From: Bryobacteraceae bacterium
Lineage (GTDB): Bacteria > Acidobacteriota > Terriglobia > Bryobacterales > Bryobacteraceae
NCBI GenBank assembly: GCA_036003585.1
Contig: DASYSG010000045.1
Span: 37,094-101,093, forward strand
Direction of reading: 5' to 3'
DNA length: 64,000 nt
Shown: positions 27,816 to 37,230 of the stretch, in pieces
How the letters are laid out: each line of letters begins with the position of its first letter
Position numbering within the stretch: the first letter of the stretch is position 1
Notes under the pieces: generated by a model
Told to the model about the DNA's origin: nothing
The model's database searches: none
The model's input: the letters and a program-made list of their open reading frames with translations, nothing else
Made by a program: the position numbers and the translations under genes

Positions 27816-28571
27816 TTAATTGGGTTGAAACGTTCCGATTGCTATCCGGAATTCGGTGCGCAGATCCTGCTGACTAGGACGAAGCGCTTGAGATTGGGCA
27901 AACGCGTAGACAAAACCGCCAGCTTGCGACAGCATAGTCGGGTATTCTTCCGCTTGTTGAGCATCCGCCCACTGCTGCAGGGTATAGACAAAGATGTAGC
28001 CGACTTTGGTGCCATCGGGTAATCGAATAAGAAAATCGTGGGTATCGTACCCTCCTGACGATGACGTGTCCACGATCTGGAATTCCATTGGCAGATTAAC
28101 AGTGAAGAGACCGTCCGGGGAGACTGTATTCCAGGCTGTTTCCAAATCAACAGGTAGAGCCGGAGCATAGGTGTTAGGTGGGTTTGCGTCTCTCAGGTGG
28201 ATCGTGCCGCCAAAGCTCCGTTTAATGAACGCCGGTGGAGCTGTTAAAATCAGGGTGAGTTGGTATTGCTGGTTCGCCGTGATTGAAGCGAAGTTTGCTG
28301 GACTCGCCGAGACAATCCCGTTAAGAGAAGGTGTTATGTCGACGACAATATCCGTGAGGTTCTGGTCGCTTTGGAAGCTCACCGTGATCGTAGAATTGGT
28401 CCCCGGAAATACATTTGCCGTCAGCTGCGAAACCGACCAGGCGATCGGAGGGGTGGCGGGCTGCGGGGTCGGTGCTGGAGCGGGAAACGGGTTTGGCCTG
28501 GCGGGCTGAATGACGATGAAAGCCACAGCCAGAATGCCTATAAACCCCGCGACAAGAATCAGTTTCCTCAT
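27816..28571 (-). CDS. Secreted or membrane-anchored hypothetical protein
   Basis: The ATG at 28571 gives 'MRKLILVAGFIGILAVAFIVIQPA' and then a Pro-rich linker 'PNPFPAPAPTPQPATPP'. It lies 24 nt upstream of the CHAP gene. Confidence 0.55.
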   Translation of the reverse strand: MRKLILVAGFIGILAVAFIVIQPARPNPFPAPAPTPQPATPPIAWSVSQLTANVFPGTNSTITVSFQSDQNLTDIVVDITPSLNGIVSASPANFASITANQQYQLTLILTAPPAFIKRSFGGTIHLRDANPPNTYAPALPVDLETAWNTVSPDGLFTVNLPMEFQIVDTSSSGGYDTHDFLIRLPDGTKVGYIFVYTLQQWADAQQAEEYPTMLSQAGGFVYAFAQSQALRPSQQDLRTEFRIAIGTFQPN

Positions 28572-29112
28572 GGGTGTGTTTTGAATTATACGCCCTCCTC
28601 TCTCGGAAGCAATGGGTAAATGGCGAGAAGCTCTGCGAATCAGCAGGCAGCCTAGGAGTACTGTGACCGTCTGATCGCGAACAGGGCGGCAATACTCCTT
28701 TGCCTTCATTGAAACTAGTTCGGACTATTTCGAGCGGCTATCGCCGCCCGATTCCTGGTGTTCGTTCACTAGTTCTCGCGCATGGTGGCCCGAGGCGGTT
28801 GGCCGAAGCCGCCGCCTCGCCCTAGGCGATGGCGGTGGGCGATAGCGCAGGCTACCCTGCATTTAGGTGAGCGTACGATAGGACGATCATCCCGGAACGG
28901 TAGTGGAGTGGTGATAGCCAAAAATGCGGGGCAGCCGGCGGCAAGACGGCCACCATGCGCGGACCAGTTATGCGCGATGAGCGCAACAAGTACGCGCTCC
29001 AAGCGTGCCTGACTGTTCAAAAAGGTGCGAACTTCACTAAGGACGGCTCGCCCCGAAGTCCTTGAAGGGCTCTTTTGAAAAAGTCTAGTCAGGATGAACT
29101 GTTACGAGCAGC

Positions 29113-29178
29113 ATTGATGGCTCCTCCGAATGACTGGCGGCCTCATTCGGTCCTAACGCCAGCGGAGGAGCCATCAAT
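29113..29178. repeat. Nested inverted repeat (16-bp outer arms, 6-bp inner arms)
   Basis: attgatggctcctccg (29113-29128) pairs with cggaggagccatcaat (29163-29178). The inner pair is gaatga...tcattc. It starts 7 nt after the stop of the minus-strand gene 29185..29754. Confidence 0.7.
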
Positions 29179-29184
29179 ACTGCC

Positions 29185-29754
29185 CTAAAGTCTAGCCTCT
29201 TCCGAAACCAGCGGCGCACCGTTGAAGGCGACGGCAGTTCCAACGGCATCGAAGATAGCAACGGAATAGGCTTCGGGATCCCACGGGCGGCGAGCTCGCG
29301 GCAGCCTCCACTTCAACTGTGGGAAGCGACTTGCAAGCAGTAAAGCAATGTCGTGTTTTGCATGACAGCCGTACTGAGCGAAGAACTGTTGGACGTCGCG
29401 ACGGTCGACGACAATCAACCGAACAGACTGACGTTTCAATTTCGTTCCTATCTTGCGGAGTACCCTGGCTACGGATTGTGAGGACTCGTCCTTGACGCCG
29501 CGCGTTCCTCGGACAACCACTACAGATGGCCCATACAAATTAAGTAGAAAATGTAATTTCTCGATTGCGCCAGTCGCTCCTACCGCGCCGGTGGAGTAGC
29601 TTCGAACACCCCAGTCGAGCAGGTCCGATCCTTGAAGGACGGCAAAGGCGAGTCGTCGCGAGCGAACTTCCAACGCGAGCCTGCGCTCGCTGTCATCGTT
29701 GACGGATCTGCTTGTTGCATTTTCTGCTAACGGCTCCTTTGCCCCGTCAACCAT
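29185..29754 (-). CDS. Hypothetical protein, possibly an RNase H-fold/RuvC-like protein with non-canonical catalytic positions
   Basis: The pattern 'RRLALEVRSRRLAFAVLQG...PSVVVVRG...SVAIFDAVGTAVA' resembles RuvC topology, but acidic residues are replaced. Tentative. Confidence 0.35.
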   Translation of the reverse strand: MVDGAKEPLAENATSRSVNDDSERRLALEVRSRRLAFAVLQGSDLLDWGVRSYSTGAVGATGAIEKLHFLLNLYGPSVVVVRGTRGVKDESSQSVARVLRKIGTKLKRQSVRLIVVDRRDVQQFFAQYGCHAKHDIALLLASRFPQLKWRLPRARRPWDPEAYSVAIFDAVGTAVAFNGAPLVSEEARL

Positions 29755-30071
29755 TGAAGTGTTTGCGAGGTTGCCTTGGCACGGCGTTGTCCCCTGGTTG
29801 GACTTTCAAGATCTGCCTTCAGTTCCTCCAAATTCCGTCCGACGGAGTCGGTCACGGCTGACTGGAAGCCTGCAAAGAGTTCCGCGACCGGAACCCCGAA
29901 GATGACTCCGTACGCGAGGGCGACAAGCAGCGGGGGCACCGTCTTAGAGCGTTCATGACGAGAAACCTGCCACGCATTGTTATAGCCGGCGAGAAGCCCG
30001 AGATCACGTTGGCTCAGTCCGCGCCGCCGCCGGTGCGCCCGGAGGTAGTTCCCTACTACCTTGTTGCTCAT
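29727..30071 (-). CDS. XRE-family HTH protein
   Basis: 'LRAHRRRRGLSQRDLGLLAGYNNAWQVSRHERSKTVPPLLVALAYGVIFGV'. It overlaps the downstream gene by 28 nt. Confidence 0.65.
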   Translation of the reverse strand: MSNKVVGNYLRAHRRRRGLSQRDLGLLAGYNNAWQVSRHERSKTVPPLLVALAYGVIFGVPVAELFAGFQSAVTDSVGRNLEELKADLESPTRGQRRAKATSQTLQWLTGQRSR

Positions 30072-30612
30072 TGTTCAGATTCGCACGTTAGTGTTTGTTT
30101 GCGACCTTTACCCTAAGCTTACCAACCGTCTGCTCAGGCGCTAGGATGCAGAAACAGCACGGCGTGCCATGGTTACGGTAGTAGAGGAGGTCCCTTGAGA
30201 AAGCAGCCCAAAGTGCGGGTTGCAAGTCAATACGGGCTCAAGCTGCTGGGTCACTGTTGATGTTCTGTGTACAATCAGTCGCGGTCTTGGGGGACGGGAT
30301 TCTGGTCCCGAGCACTATCCTTGGAAGCTCTGGCCCTGCGTGTTCGGTTCCGCTTGCTACGATGACGCTTCACGCGTTTTTTGACATACTCCTCGACGCA
30401 GCGGCCTGACACGGCAAGAACGAGATCGCGCACCCACTCGACTACAGTTTGCAGAATGATTTGGAGCAATTCCATAGAGAGAATGGTGTGGGTCAAGGCA
30501 TTGATAAGAAAGATGGCGAACCTTGCACCTCAAGCTGCAGATCCAAATGCACGTGTCGCCACGCCAACGAGCGCACCTTTTGTTTGGACGCGGGACTGGG
30601 CAAACTGGCCAC

Positions 30613-30852
30613 ATGACGGATTTCGAGCAGCTGCAAAAACTGGTTGGGCCGGAGGTAAACAATTGGAGCGAAGCGGAGCGGCAGGAGGCGAATGACAACT
30701 TGCGCCAGTACGTCGCTCTCGTGCTGCGTGTTCTTGAACGGCTCGAACTCGATCCGGAAGCAAACGCGCGCTTTGAAGCTTTGACAGAGTGTCGAAGGGG
30801 CCATAGTATGAATGACAAAGAGGCGCAAAACAATTCTTCGACCCATACATGA
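30613..30852 (+). CDS. Small protein coupled to the serine recombinase gene
   Basis: The ATG at 30613 gives 'MTDFEQLQKLVGPEVNNWSEAERQEANDNLRQYVALVLRVLERLE'. Its stop overlaps the recombinase start as ATGA (30849-30852). Confidence 0.45.
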   Translation: MTDFEQLQKLVGPEVNNWSEAERQEANDNLRQYVALVLRVLERLELDPEANARFEALTECRRGHSMNDKEAQNNSSTHT

Positions 30853-32438
30853 AGACCTACTGTGGCTATGTGCGCGTATCCACCGCTCGCCAGGGCGAGC
30901 GTGGTGTTTCGCTCCAGGAACAGCGAGATGCCATCTCGCGGTATGCCGAGCGCAATCAGATGGACATCTGCAGGTGGTTCGAAGAGCGCGAGACCGCCGC
31001 AAAGCGAGGTCGACCAATCTTCAATGAGATGCTCAAACTACTGCGGAACGGCAAAGCCGCGGGCGTCATGATCCACAAGATTGACCGGAGTGCGCGGAAC
31101 ATGAAAGATTGGGCTGATTTGGGCGAGCTCATCGATAATGGTGTTGAAGTTCACTTCGTCAACGAGAGTCTCGATCTCGCTTCTCGTGGCGGGCGGCTCT
31201 CAGCCGATATTCAGGCGGTTGTTGCCGCAGACTATATCCGTAACTTGCGCGAAGAGACCCGTAAGGGATTCTACGGCCGCCTCAAGCAGGGGCTGTATCC
31301 GCTTCCGGCTCCCCTCGGGTACCGCGACATGGGTAAAGGTAGGCCCAAAACATTCGACCCCGTGCGAGCACCCTTGGTCCGACGTGCATTCCAATCGTAC
31401 GCGACCGGCCAACGTTCGCTTGAACAGCTTGCGGCGGAACTTCATCAATCCGGACTCCGGAACCGAAACGGCGGGGTCGTCACTATCAATGGGTTTTCTT
31501 CGATTCTGAACAATCCGTTCTACATTGGACTCGTTCGTCTCCATTCAACCGGAGAGGTATTCCCGGGTATTCACGAGCCTCTCATCCCAAAATCGCTGTT
31601 CGACCGGGTTGGGCGGGTTCTGCGCGGTAAAGTCAGCGCCCGGACCCAGGTTCACGATTTTCAGTTCCGGAGGATTCTCGCATGCGGCAGTTGCGGCTAC
31701 TCGCTCATCGGAGAGCGTCAGAAAGGCAATGCCTACTATCGCTGTCACACGAAGGAGTGTCCAACGACCAGTGTCCGCGAGGAGTCAGTCGATGGCGTAC
31801 TGAGTCGGGTTTTCGCGCCGCTGTGCTTCGATAGCGATGAACGAACAATCCTGCTGGAAAAGCTTGGAGAGGTAAAGGAGAATCTGGCAGCGCACTGGGA
31901 GGCGGAAACTGCCGCCGTCCGTCTTCAACTTAGTCAGTTTCGGGATCGCATGGCTCGTCTGACAGACGCGTACATTGATCGCCTGATCGATAAAGAGACC
32001 TTCGAAGTGAGAAAAGAGACGCTGCTTTTGGAGCAGAAGACGCTCGAAGAGAAGATCGCCCAGCCAAGGGACGCCATCATGGCCCGGCTCACGAAATTCC
32101 TCGAACTGGCTGGAGACGCGTATTTGCTGTATAAAACGCTGTTGCCCACCGAAAAACGCGATCTGGTGCGGATCGCCACCTCGAACCGGACCGTCATCGC
32201 TAAAACTCTAGTAATAACGCTGCGAAGTCCATTTCGAGAGGTCGCAAATCGCTACGATTCTTCAAACAGTAGCCCGAGACGGGACAGACGTCGAACTTTA
32301 GGCCTGATGATCGAAAATCTTGTGGCATGGTTTACAGCAAATCCAAGCCCTTCGTATGAAGAAGGGGCGGCTTCGACTCTTTTAGAAAAGCATAGCAGTA
32401 GTGATGGCGATCTCAAGGATGGCAAACTTGCGGCGTGA
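30849..32438 (+). CDS. Large serine recombinase
   Basis: The resolvase catalytic N-terminus 'YVRVSTARQGERGVSLQEQRDAI' and 'MIHKIDRSARN' are present. The recombinase-domain and zinc-ribbon region contains 'CGSCGYSL...YYRCHTKECP'. A C-terminal coiled coil follows. Length 529 aa. Confidence 0.85.
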   Translation: MKTYCGYVRVSTARQGERGVSLQEQRDAISRYAERNQMDICRWFEERETAAKRGRPIFNEMLKLLRNGKAAGVMIHKIDRSARNMKDWADLGELIDNGVEVHFVNESLDLASRGGRLSADIQAVVAADYIRNLREETRKGFYGRLKQGLYPLPAPLGYRDMGKGRPKTFDPVRAPLVRRAFQSYATGQRSLEQLAAELHQSGLRNRNGGVVTINGFSSILNNPFYIGLVRLHSTGEVFPGIHEPLIPKSLFDRVGRVLRGKVSARTQVHDFQFRRILACGSCGYSLIGERQKGNAYYRCHTKECPTTSVREESVDGVLSRVFAPLCFDSDERTILLEKLGEVKENLAAHWEAETAAVRLQLSQFRDRMARLTDAYIDRLIDKETFEVRKETLLLEQKTLEEKIAQPRDAIMARLTKFLELAGDAYLLYKTLLPTEKRDLVRIATSNRTVIAKTLVITLRSPFREVANRYDSSNSSPRRDRRRTLGLMIENLVAWFTANPSPSYEEGAASTLLEKHSSSDGDLKDGKLAA

Positions 32439-32486
32439 GCAAAGTTTCGCGAACACCTGTCGATAGTTCCGGTTCGCACGAGTCTC

Positions 32487-33275
32487 TTGGTTGTGATACG
32501 GTGGTGGGCCGTAGCTCTAGTGCTTAACACCGTTGCACAAAAAGCTCCCATACAAAAACACGATGTCATCGCAGGAGGTTTCATGGACGGACTAGGTGAC
32601 AAAAAGTTCGGCCCTCTATCGCTTCTATCGATCGAGATACTTCTGCCTAGCCTCATCGCTGGAGCACTCGCCGCTTACTGCAACCCAAAGTTGACCAAAG
32701 ATATGATCGCAGAGTTGGGTGCTACCCTCGTCCCGATAGTGACCCTGTCGATTGGTTTTATCATATATATCTTCTACCGTGTGATCCTTGGGGAATGGGC
32801 GCTTTATCCGTTTCGCCATGGTTTGCACCGCATCCTCTGCTGGGTTTCGCGGAAAACTAATCCTGAGGCTTTCTTGAGCTTTACCGCACTCCTTGCGGCG
32901 GAAGGCGTACCGCGGTGGCGAAGGCGACTCGTCTACTCTCAACTTCGGGCGGCGGAAGACTTCTTCGACGAATCTACTCGTCAACGTCTTGATCTTACGC
33001 ATGCGACGTATCACTGCTTGTACCTTACCGCCGTTGAAACGGGGGTCGCTTCAGCTTATCTTCACCTCATCGGGTCCGATTGGAAGGTTCTAGCCTCCAT
33101 CGCAGGAATTTCATTGATAGCGGCGTATATTGCAGATCTGCGCTTTGATAGTTGGGAGTGCAAGCTCATGTTGGCGAAGCGAGATAAATTGCGGCAGCTG
33201 TTAGCGGGTATGAATCCTGTTGCGACGGGGCTTGCAGTTGGGAGTACCTCACATCAAGTGTCATCGAGTGATTGA
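32487..33275 (+). CDS. Hypothetical multi-pass membrane protein
   Basis: Hydrophobic helices include 'LLSIEILLPSLIAGALAAY', 'LVPIVTLSIGFIIYIFY' and 'VLASIAGISLIAAYIA'. The start is uncertain. Confidence 0.45.
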   Translation: MVVIRWWAVALVLNTVAQKAPIQKHDVIAGGFMDGLGDKKFGPLSLLSIEILLPSLIAGALAAYCNPKLTKDMIAELGATLVPIVTLSIGFIIYIFYRVILGEWALYPFRHGLHRILCWVSRKTNPEAFLSFTALLAAEGVPRWRRRLVYSQLRAAEDFFDESTRQRLDLTHATYHCLYLTAVETGVASAYLHLIGSDWKVLASIAGISLIAAYIADLRFDSWECKLMLAKRDKLRQLLAGMNPVATGLAVGSTSHQVSSSD

Positions 33276-33329
33276 GAACACCAAAAAAGAGCCCTGACGA
33301 TTTAATCGCCAAGGCCCGCACTGAGCAAG

Positions 33330-33554
33330 TCATCGAAATAAGTTGTGGGCGTTCCGTAACCACAGATGCCGGACGGCGCAATAGGGTATCCGAAGGAATA
33401 GATCAAAAACCGCGCCGCGTAATTGCCAATCCCCCAGACGCTGGGCAATTCTGAACTGCGCATCACTATTCTCAGTTCCGCGAAGATGTTCGATCGCCGC
33501 TTGATGAATCAGTCTGCGCCGCTGCTCATATTCTCCGCTGCAAAGTCCGCACAT
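33330..33554 (-). CDS. Hypothetical 74-aa protein
   Basis: The ATG at 33554 is preceded by GAAAGGAGACTTCCT (a strong RBS). No recognisable domain. Confidence 0.4.
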   Translation of the reverse strand: MCGLCSGEYEQRRRLIHQAAIEHLRGTENSDAQFRIAQRLGDWQLRGAVFDLFLRIPYCAVRHLWLRNAHNLFR

Positions 33555-33772
33555 AGGAAGTCTCCTTTCGACCGCGCCAAAGACCGGGACCTATGGGTCA
33601 CTGGGCTGGGGAGCAGTCAAAAGAATGTTCGAAAAGTCGTTGGCTAAGACGGGGCGGTGCTGGGGAGGGCTTTCATAACTATATATAAAGGCGGATATTT
33701 GTCAATAGCTGCCGATACGGACCGTGCGCTACTTCCCGCGTCGATAAATGGCCAAGAGTGGCTCGGGGATCT

Positions 33773-34309
33773 TCATCTGGCCGAGGGCCGGCGTGTGCTG
33801 AGAGGGTGGTCGACGAGATGGATCCATTCGACAGTGGCTTTCAGCTTGTACCCCTGCTCGGAGATCAACACCAAATATGGGTCCACGTTAGCTCCCGCCT
33901 CTCTGAATACTAACGCCATCGCCTCCCGAATCCGTTCCACGTACACCTTGACCGTCGTGTGCGTGAACCTCCGCGCTTGCTTCCGTGATTTAGGAGCGTT
34001 GCTCCCGTGCCGCATGCTGAATAGATCGGCATTCAGACCCGCGGCTAATTGTGAGGCGCTCTGCGGCAGCCATCGATTACGCGCCATGAAGTCAAATAGG
34101 ATGAGCGGTCCCGTACCGAGGCCCAGTTGGAACGCTCGACCACGGAAGACGAGCCGCACTGCGGCGACCTGTTCACCTGCGAGGCAGTCAGTGCCGGGTT
34201 GATGCCAGGCGTGAATAATGACGAAGTGGGGGCCTCGAGCATTCATCCACGCGGCCTCGGCGACCAAAAGGTCCACCTCTTCGACTACGAGACTAAGCCG
34301 ATCGCTCAT
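33773..34309 (-). CDS. Winged-helix (OmpR/PhoB-type-like) DNA-binding protein
   Basis: 'GPLILFDFMARNRWLPQSASQLAAGL...VKVYVERIREAM...GYKL' follows the trans_reg_C pattern. It overlaps the upstream REC-like gene by 17 nt. Confidence 0.45.
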   Translation of the reverse strand: MSDRLSLVVEEVDLLVAEAAWMNARGPHFVIIHAWHQPGTDCLAGEQVAAVRLVFRGRAFQLGLGTGPLILFDFMARNRWLPQSASQLAAGLNADLFSMRHGSNAPKSRKQARRFTHTTVKVYVERIREAMALVFREAGANVDPYLVLISEQGYKLKATVEWIHLVDHPLSTRRPSAR

Positions 34310-34625
34310 ACAAGAGTCTCGCTCCTTTGCGCTCCACTTTCAGCTTCACATCCGATCCCCAATTGGTTCTGGCCAGGCAGAGAATTCCTGGCTTGGGAAC
34401 GCACGTTATGCTAAACGTGCACACCCTTTCCAGCAATTCCCAATCTTCCGGTCGGTTGGAAAAATCCAAGATGACGACCTTGAATTGCGCCAGCTTGGCC
34501 TTGAGGTGGTCGAGTGTTTCTACCCTACTGGCACAAACGGTCAGTGTGTAGCTGTTGTGTTCGAGCGCGGATACCAGGGTCCTGGCGTGGTCTTGGTCTG
34601 GATCAAACAAAAGGATGCGCGCCAT
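34293..34625 (-). CDS. Stand-alone receiver (REC)-like protein
   Basis: 'ARILLFDPDQD...FKVVILDFS' has an acidic pocket and a candidate phospho-Asp. Length 110 aa. Confidence 0.5.
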   Translation of the reverse strand: MARILLFDPDQDHARTLVSALEHNSYTLTVCASRVETLDHLKAKLAQFKVVILDFSNRPEDWELLERVCTFSITCVPKPGILCLARTNWGSDVKLKVERKGARLLYERSA

Positions 34626-34628
34626 ACG

Positions 34629-34832
34629 TTATACGCCCCCGTCCGTCGGAGAGGCTTCAGATTCCGTGCGCGTCACCCGATTGGCCGCTGCTATTATGAG
34701 CAGTTCCTGCACGAAGGCAAGGCCCCATTTGAGATCTGGTGTGCTGACGTAAACTCTTTTCATGGGCAACGAGAAGGCAATGTCCCAATCGGGCCGACCC
34801 GTCGGTTTTGTGACTGCAATATTAACCTTCAT
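34629..34832 (-). CDS. Hypothetical small protein
   Basis: The ATG at 34832 gives 'MKVNIAVTKPTGRPDWDIAFSLPMKRVYVSTPDLKWGLAFV'. It ends immediately upstream of the REC-like start. Confidence 0.35.
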   Translation of the reverse strand: MKVNIAVTKPTGRPDWDIAFSLPMKRVYVSTPDLKWGLAFVQELLIIAAANRVTRTESEASPTDGGV

Positions 34833-34937
34833 GAGGATTGTCCTTACACGCCGCGATGATGCGGCCAATCTTCGATCTGAACCATTTCCGAATCACTTGT
34901 CTCGGTTCTCTAAACGAAATCTTGGACCCAATCGGGG

Positions 34938-36341
34938 TTGCGCGCAACTGCCTCGTTGTCTACAGTTTCTACAGTTATGCCCCGATTGATCGTTTCATTC
35001 GAACGTCGGACCGTAGAATGTCCCAAGGGGGCAGTTCTCTTTCGAAGACGCCAGCCAATGCGTTTTGAGTTCCTGGCTCTCTTGGCGCTCAAGCGAGCGA
35101 CTATGCCGGGAGACCAGGCGTGGACGACACTCGAGGAGGTGGGGAAGCTTCCAAGCTGGAAAGGTAAGCGGAAGCATCACATTGGCACAAACGTCGGTCG
35201 CTACCTGCAATCGGAAAGCGTCAGCCGGTTGGTCACTGCGCGAACAATGTGGGCGGGTCCGTATCGTTTAGCCGTTGATCGCTCTGCGATCAGCTTCGAC
35301 ATTGCGTTGACGGACGTGCGCACACGACTCCAGCTGGGAACTCCTGCAGAACCCCGCGGAGAACGGGAGATCCTTCTTGCTTTTGTACGATCGTACGCCC
35401 GCGCCCAGTGGTTGTTTTTCCAAGGCAGGTTGCTCCGCGGAACGCGGAAAACAGCGATGCGCGACGATGCGTATGAAAGATTGTTGCGTATGACCGATGA
35501 TCGCAGGTACAGCGCGACGTTACGGCTCTTGGCCTGTACCTCGGCAGCCGACGTTCTCTACCGACTTGGTCGTTTCCGGATAGCTCGTGAAGCCCTTAAA
35601 GCGAACAAATCACTTATGCTGCGCTCTTCGGACTCGTCACTCAAAGCTAGGTATTACTTGTCGCTCGCGTGGGCTCAACAGCGGTCCTCAACCGGAAAGC
35701 CTTCGGACCGCGCAGTTGAAGAAACTTTGGCTACGGCGAACGTCTACGCGGAAAACAGCGGTGATCGTGCCGCCCTAGCCTTGCTTGCGTACCGTCGGGG
35801 CGGCTTTCTTACGAAAAGACGACGACACCTCGAATCTGTCGCGAGCTTAACCCAAGCACTCGAAGCATATCTGATTACGAGCAACTATCATGGCGTACAG
35901 GCCACGTGCGGAGAGATCGGCAGCGTCCTCCACCGGCTAGGAGCCGACTCGTACCCCGAGGCTCGTCGGTGGCTGCTGTCGTCGATTGGAATTGCCCGAA
36001 TGATGAAACTCGGCCGGGAGGATGCTCATGCCGAAATGATTCTAGGAAAGATCTACGTTGCGCTGAATGAACAACACCGTTCAAGACTGATGCTTCAACG
36101 CGCGGAACGCATAGCCCGCAACGCCGGCAATCGAGTTAACCTCGCCGATTCCAAAATGGTCTGGGCGTTCTGGTATCAACGCTACGGAACACAGAAAGAG
36201 CAGATCGCAACGCTCGTGCGAGCGGTTCGCCTCTTCCGGAGCATGTCTGAATTCGACGTTGCGCAGAAGGAACATTACATGGAACAGAGATTCCCGGACG
36301 TATGGGCGGAAGTCCTCAAGCGCACCTCGACTCGGCGCTGA
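34938..36341 (+). CDS. Winged-helix plus TPR-like regulator
   Basis: 'RRTVECPKGAVLFRRRQPMRFEFLALLALKRA' is an OmpR-type wHTH pattern. An alpha-helical repeat region follows ('YYLSLAWAQQ', 'ALALLAYRRGGF', 'EMILGKIYVALNE'). An alternative ATG lies at 34977. Confidence 0.5.
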   Translation: MRATASLSTVSTVMPRLIVSFERRTVECPKGAVLFRRRQPMRFEFLALLALKRATMPGDQAWTTLEEVGKLPSWKGKRKHHIGTNVGRYLQSESVSRLVTARTMWAGPYRLAVDRSAISFDIALTDVRTRLQLGTPAEPRGEREILLAFVRSYARAQWLFFQGRLLRGTRKTAMRDDAYERLLRMTDDRRYSATLRLLACTSAADVLYRLGRFRIAREALKANKSLMLRSSDSSLKARYYLSLAWAQQRSSTGKPSDRAVEETLATANVYAENSGDRAALALLAYRRGGFLTKRRRHLESVASLTQALEAYLITSNYHGVQATCGEIGSVLHRLGADSYPEARRWLLSSIGIARMMKLGREDAHAEMILGKIYVALNEQHRSRLMLQRAERIARNAGNRVNLADSKMVWAFWYQRYGTQKEQIATLVRAVRLFRSMSEFDVAQKEHYMEQRFPDVWAEVLKRTSTRR

Positions 36342-36447
36342 GCGCAAAATCGCGGGTTACCGTCTTGACACCACTTGCGTGACGGCAGGGTCTCGGTATA
36401 CTAAGACCCAAAGTCCCGCCAGCATAGCGCTCGCAATCCCATCACCA

Positions 36448-37230
36448 ATGACTTCGTTTTTCGAAGAGTTGAACCTTCTGCAGGCGCGTTGGGAGCCGTT
36501 GCTGCGATCCCCGAACTGGTATTTAAGGATCATCCCGGAAATACACTCTTGGATCAAGCGGCTCAGCAGGGAGCCCGTTGAGGTTCAGGATCGAGCAAAA
36601 GCGCGGCTGTACGATTTCTTCGAAGACCACCTCGCTCAGGGCGGCATTTCCCTGGGTCGAGGAAGTTCGTTCGACGCTGAGCGTAAACGTATCGACACTA
36701 TCGTCCTGCACCATACAAGTAATCCCCCTGGAATGCGCGCGAGCCGCCTCTCTGCAATCGAGTTGATCCGTCTATACGGACCTTACTTCGTGAATCCCAC
36801 TGCCGAGGTAGATACGCATTTACAAGGGCAGCCGATCTATTCCGGTCACATCCGGCACGGCCAACAGGTATTCTGGCCATACCATTGGATCGTTCGCGAA
36901 AACGGCCAGGCTGAGCGCCTTCTCGAAGATTCCGAAATTGGCTGGCATGCGGGCGATTGGGATGTCAACTGCAGAAGCGTGGGAATCGTCCTCGACAATG
37001 ACTACGAGTGGCATCGACCGTCGGATCTCGAACTTCGCGGCATCGCGCGAATCATCATCGGCCACTATGGATTGGTGCCCCTGAACCGGATCGTCGGACA
37101 CCGGGAGATTATTTCCAAAACGACATGCCCATCGAGACTTTTCTTGGACGGAACTAGCACTAAAGGCTGGAAAGGCGATCTTCTTGCCCTCTTTGACAAA
37201 CGCGCCGCTGCCCAGAATCCAGTCGGATAG
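36448..37230 (+). CDS. N-acetylmuramoyl-L-alanine amidase (Amidase_2/PGRP fold), no signal peptide
   Basis: 'IDTIVLHHTSNPPG', 'IGWHAGDWDVNCRSVGIVLDNDY' and 'IVGHREIISKTTCPSRLF'. The ATG at 36448 was chosen because the upstream part of the ORF overlaps the preceding gene. Confidence 0.75.
   Translation: MTSFFEELNLLQARWEPLLRSPNWYLRIIPEIHSWIKRLSREPVEVQDRAKARLYDFFEDHLAQGGISLGRGSSFDAERKRIDTIVLHHTSNPPGMRASRLSAIELIRLYGPYFVNPTAEVDTHLQGQPIYSGHIRHGQQVFWPYHWIVRENGQAERLLEDSEIGWHAGDWDVNCRSVGIVLDNDYEWHRPSDLELRGIARIIIGHYGLVPLNRIVGHREIISKTTCPSRLFLDGTSTKGWKGDLLALFDKRAAAQNPVG

Noticed and set aside
30275-30496. 73-aa minus-strand ORF with a basic tail, upstream of the recombinase module.
   Set aside because: It starts with TTG, has no RBS, and overlaps larger alternative-frame ORFs of equally poor quality. 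Evidence is insufficient.
33773-34625. The idea that the REC-like and winged-helix ORFs are one frameshifted OmpR-type response regulator.
   Set aside because: The combined length (~288 aa) and the ~80-aa non-wHTH N-terminal part of the 178-aa protein do not fit a simple single-frameshift model of a ~230-aa regulator. They are kept as two ORFs.
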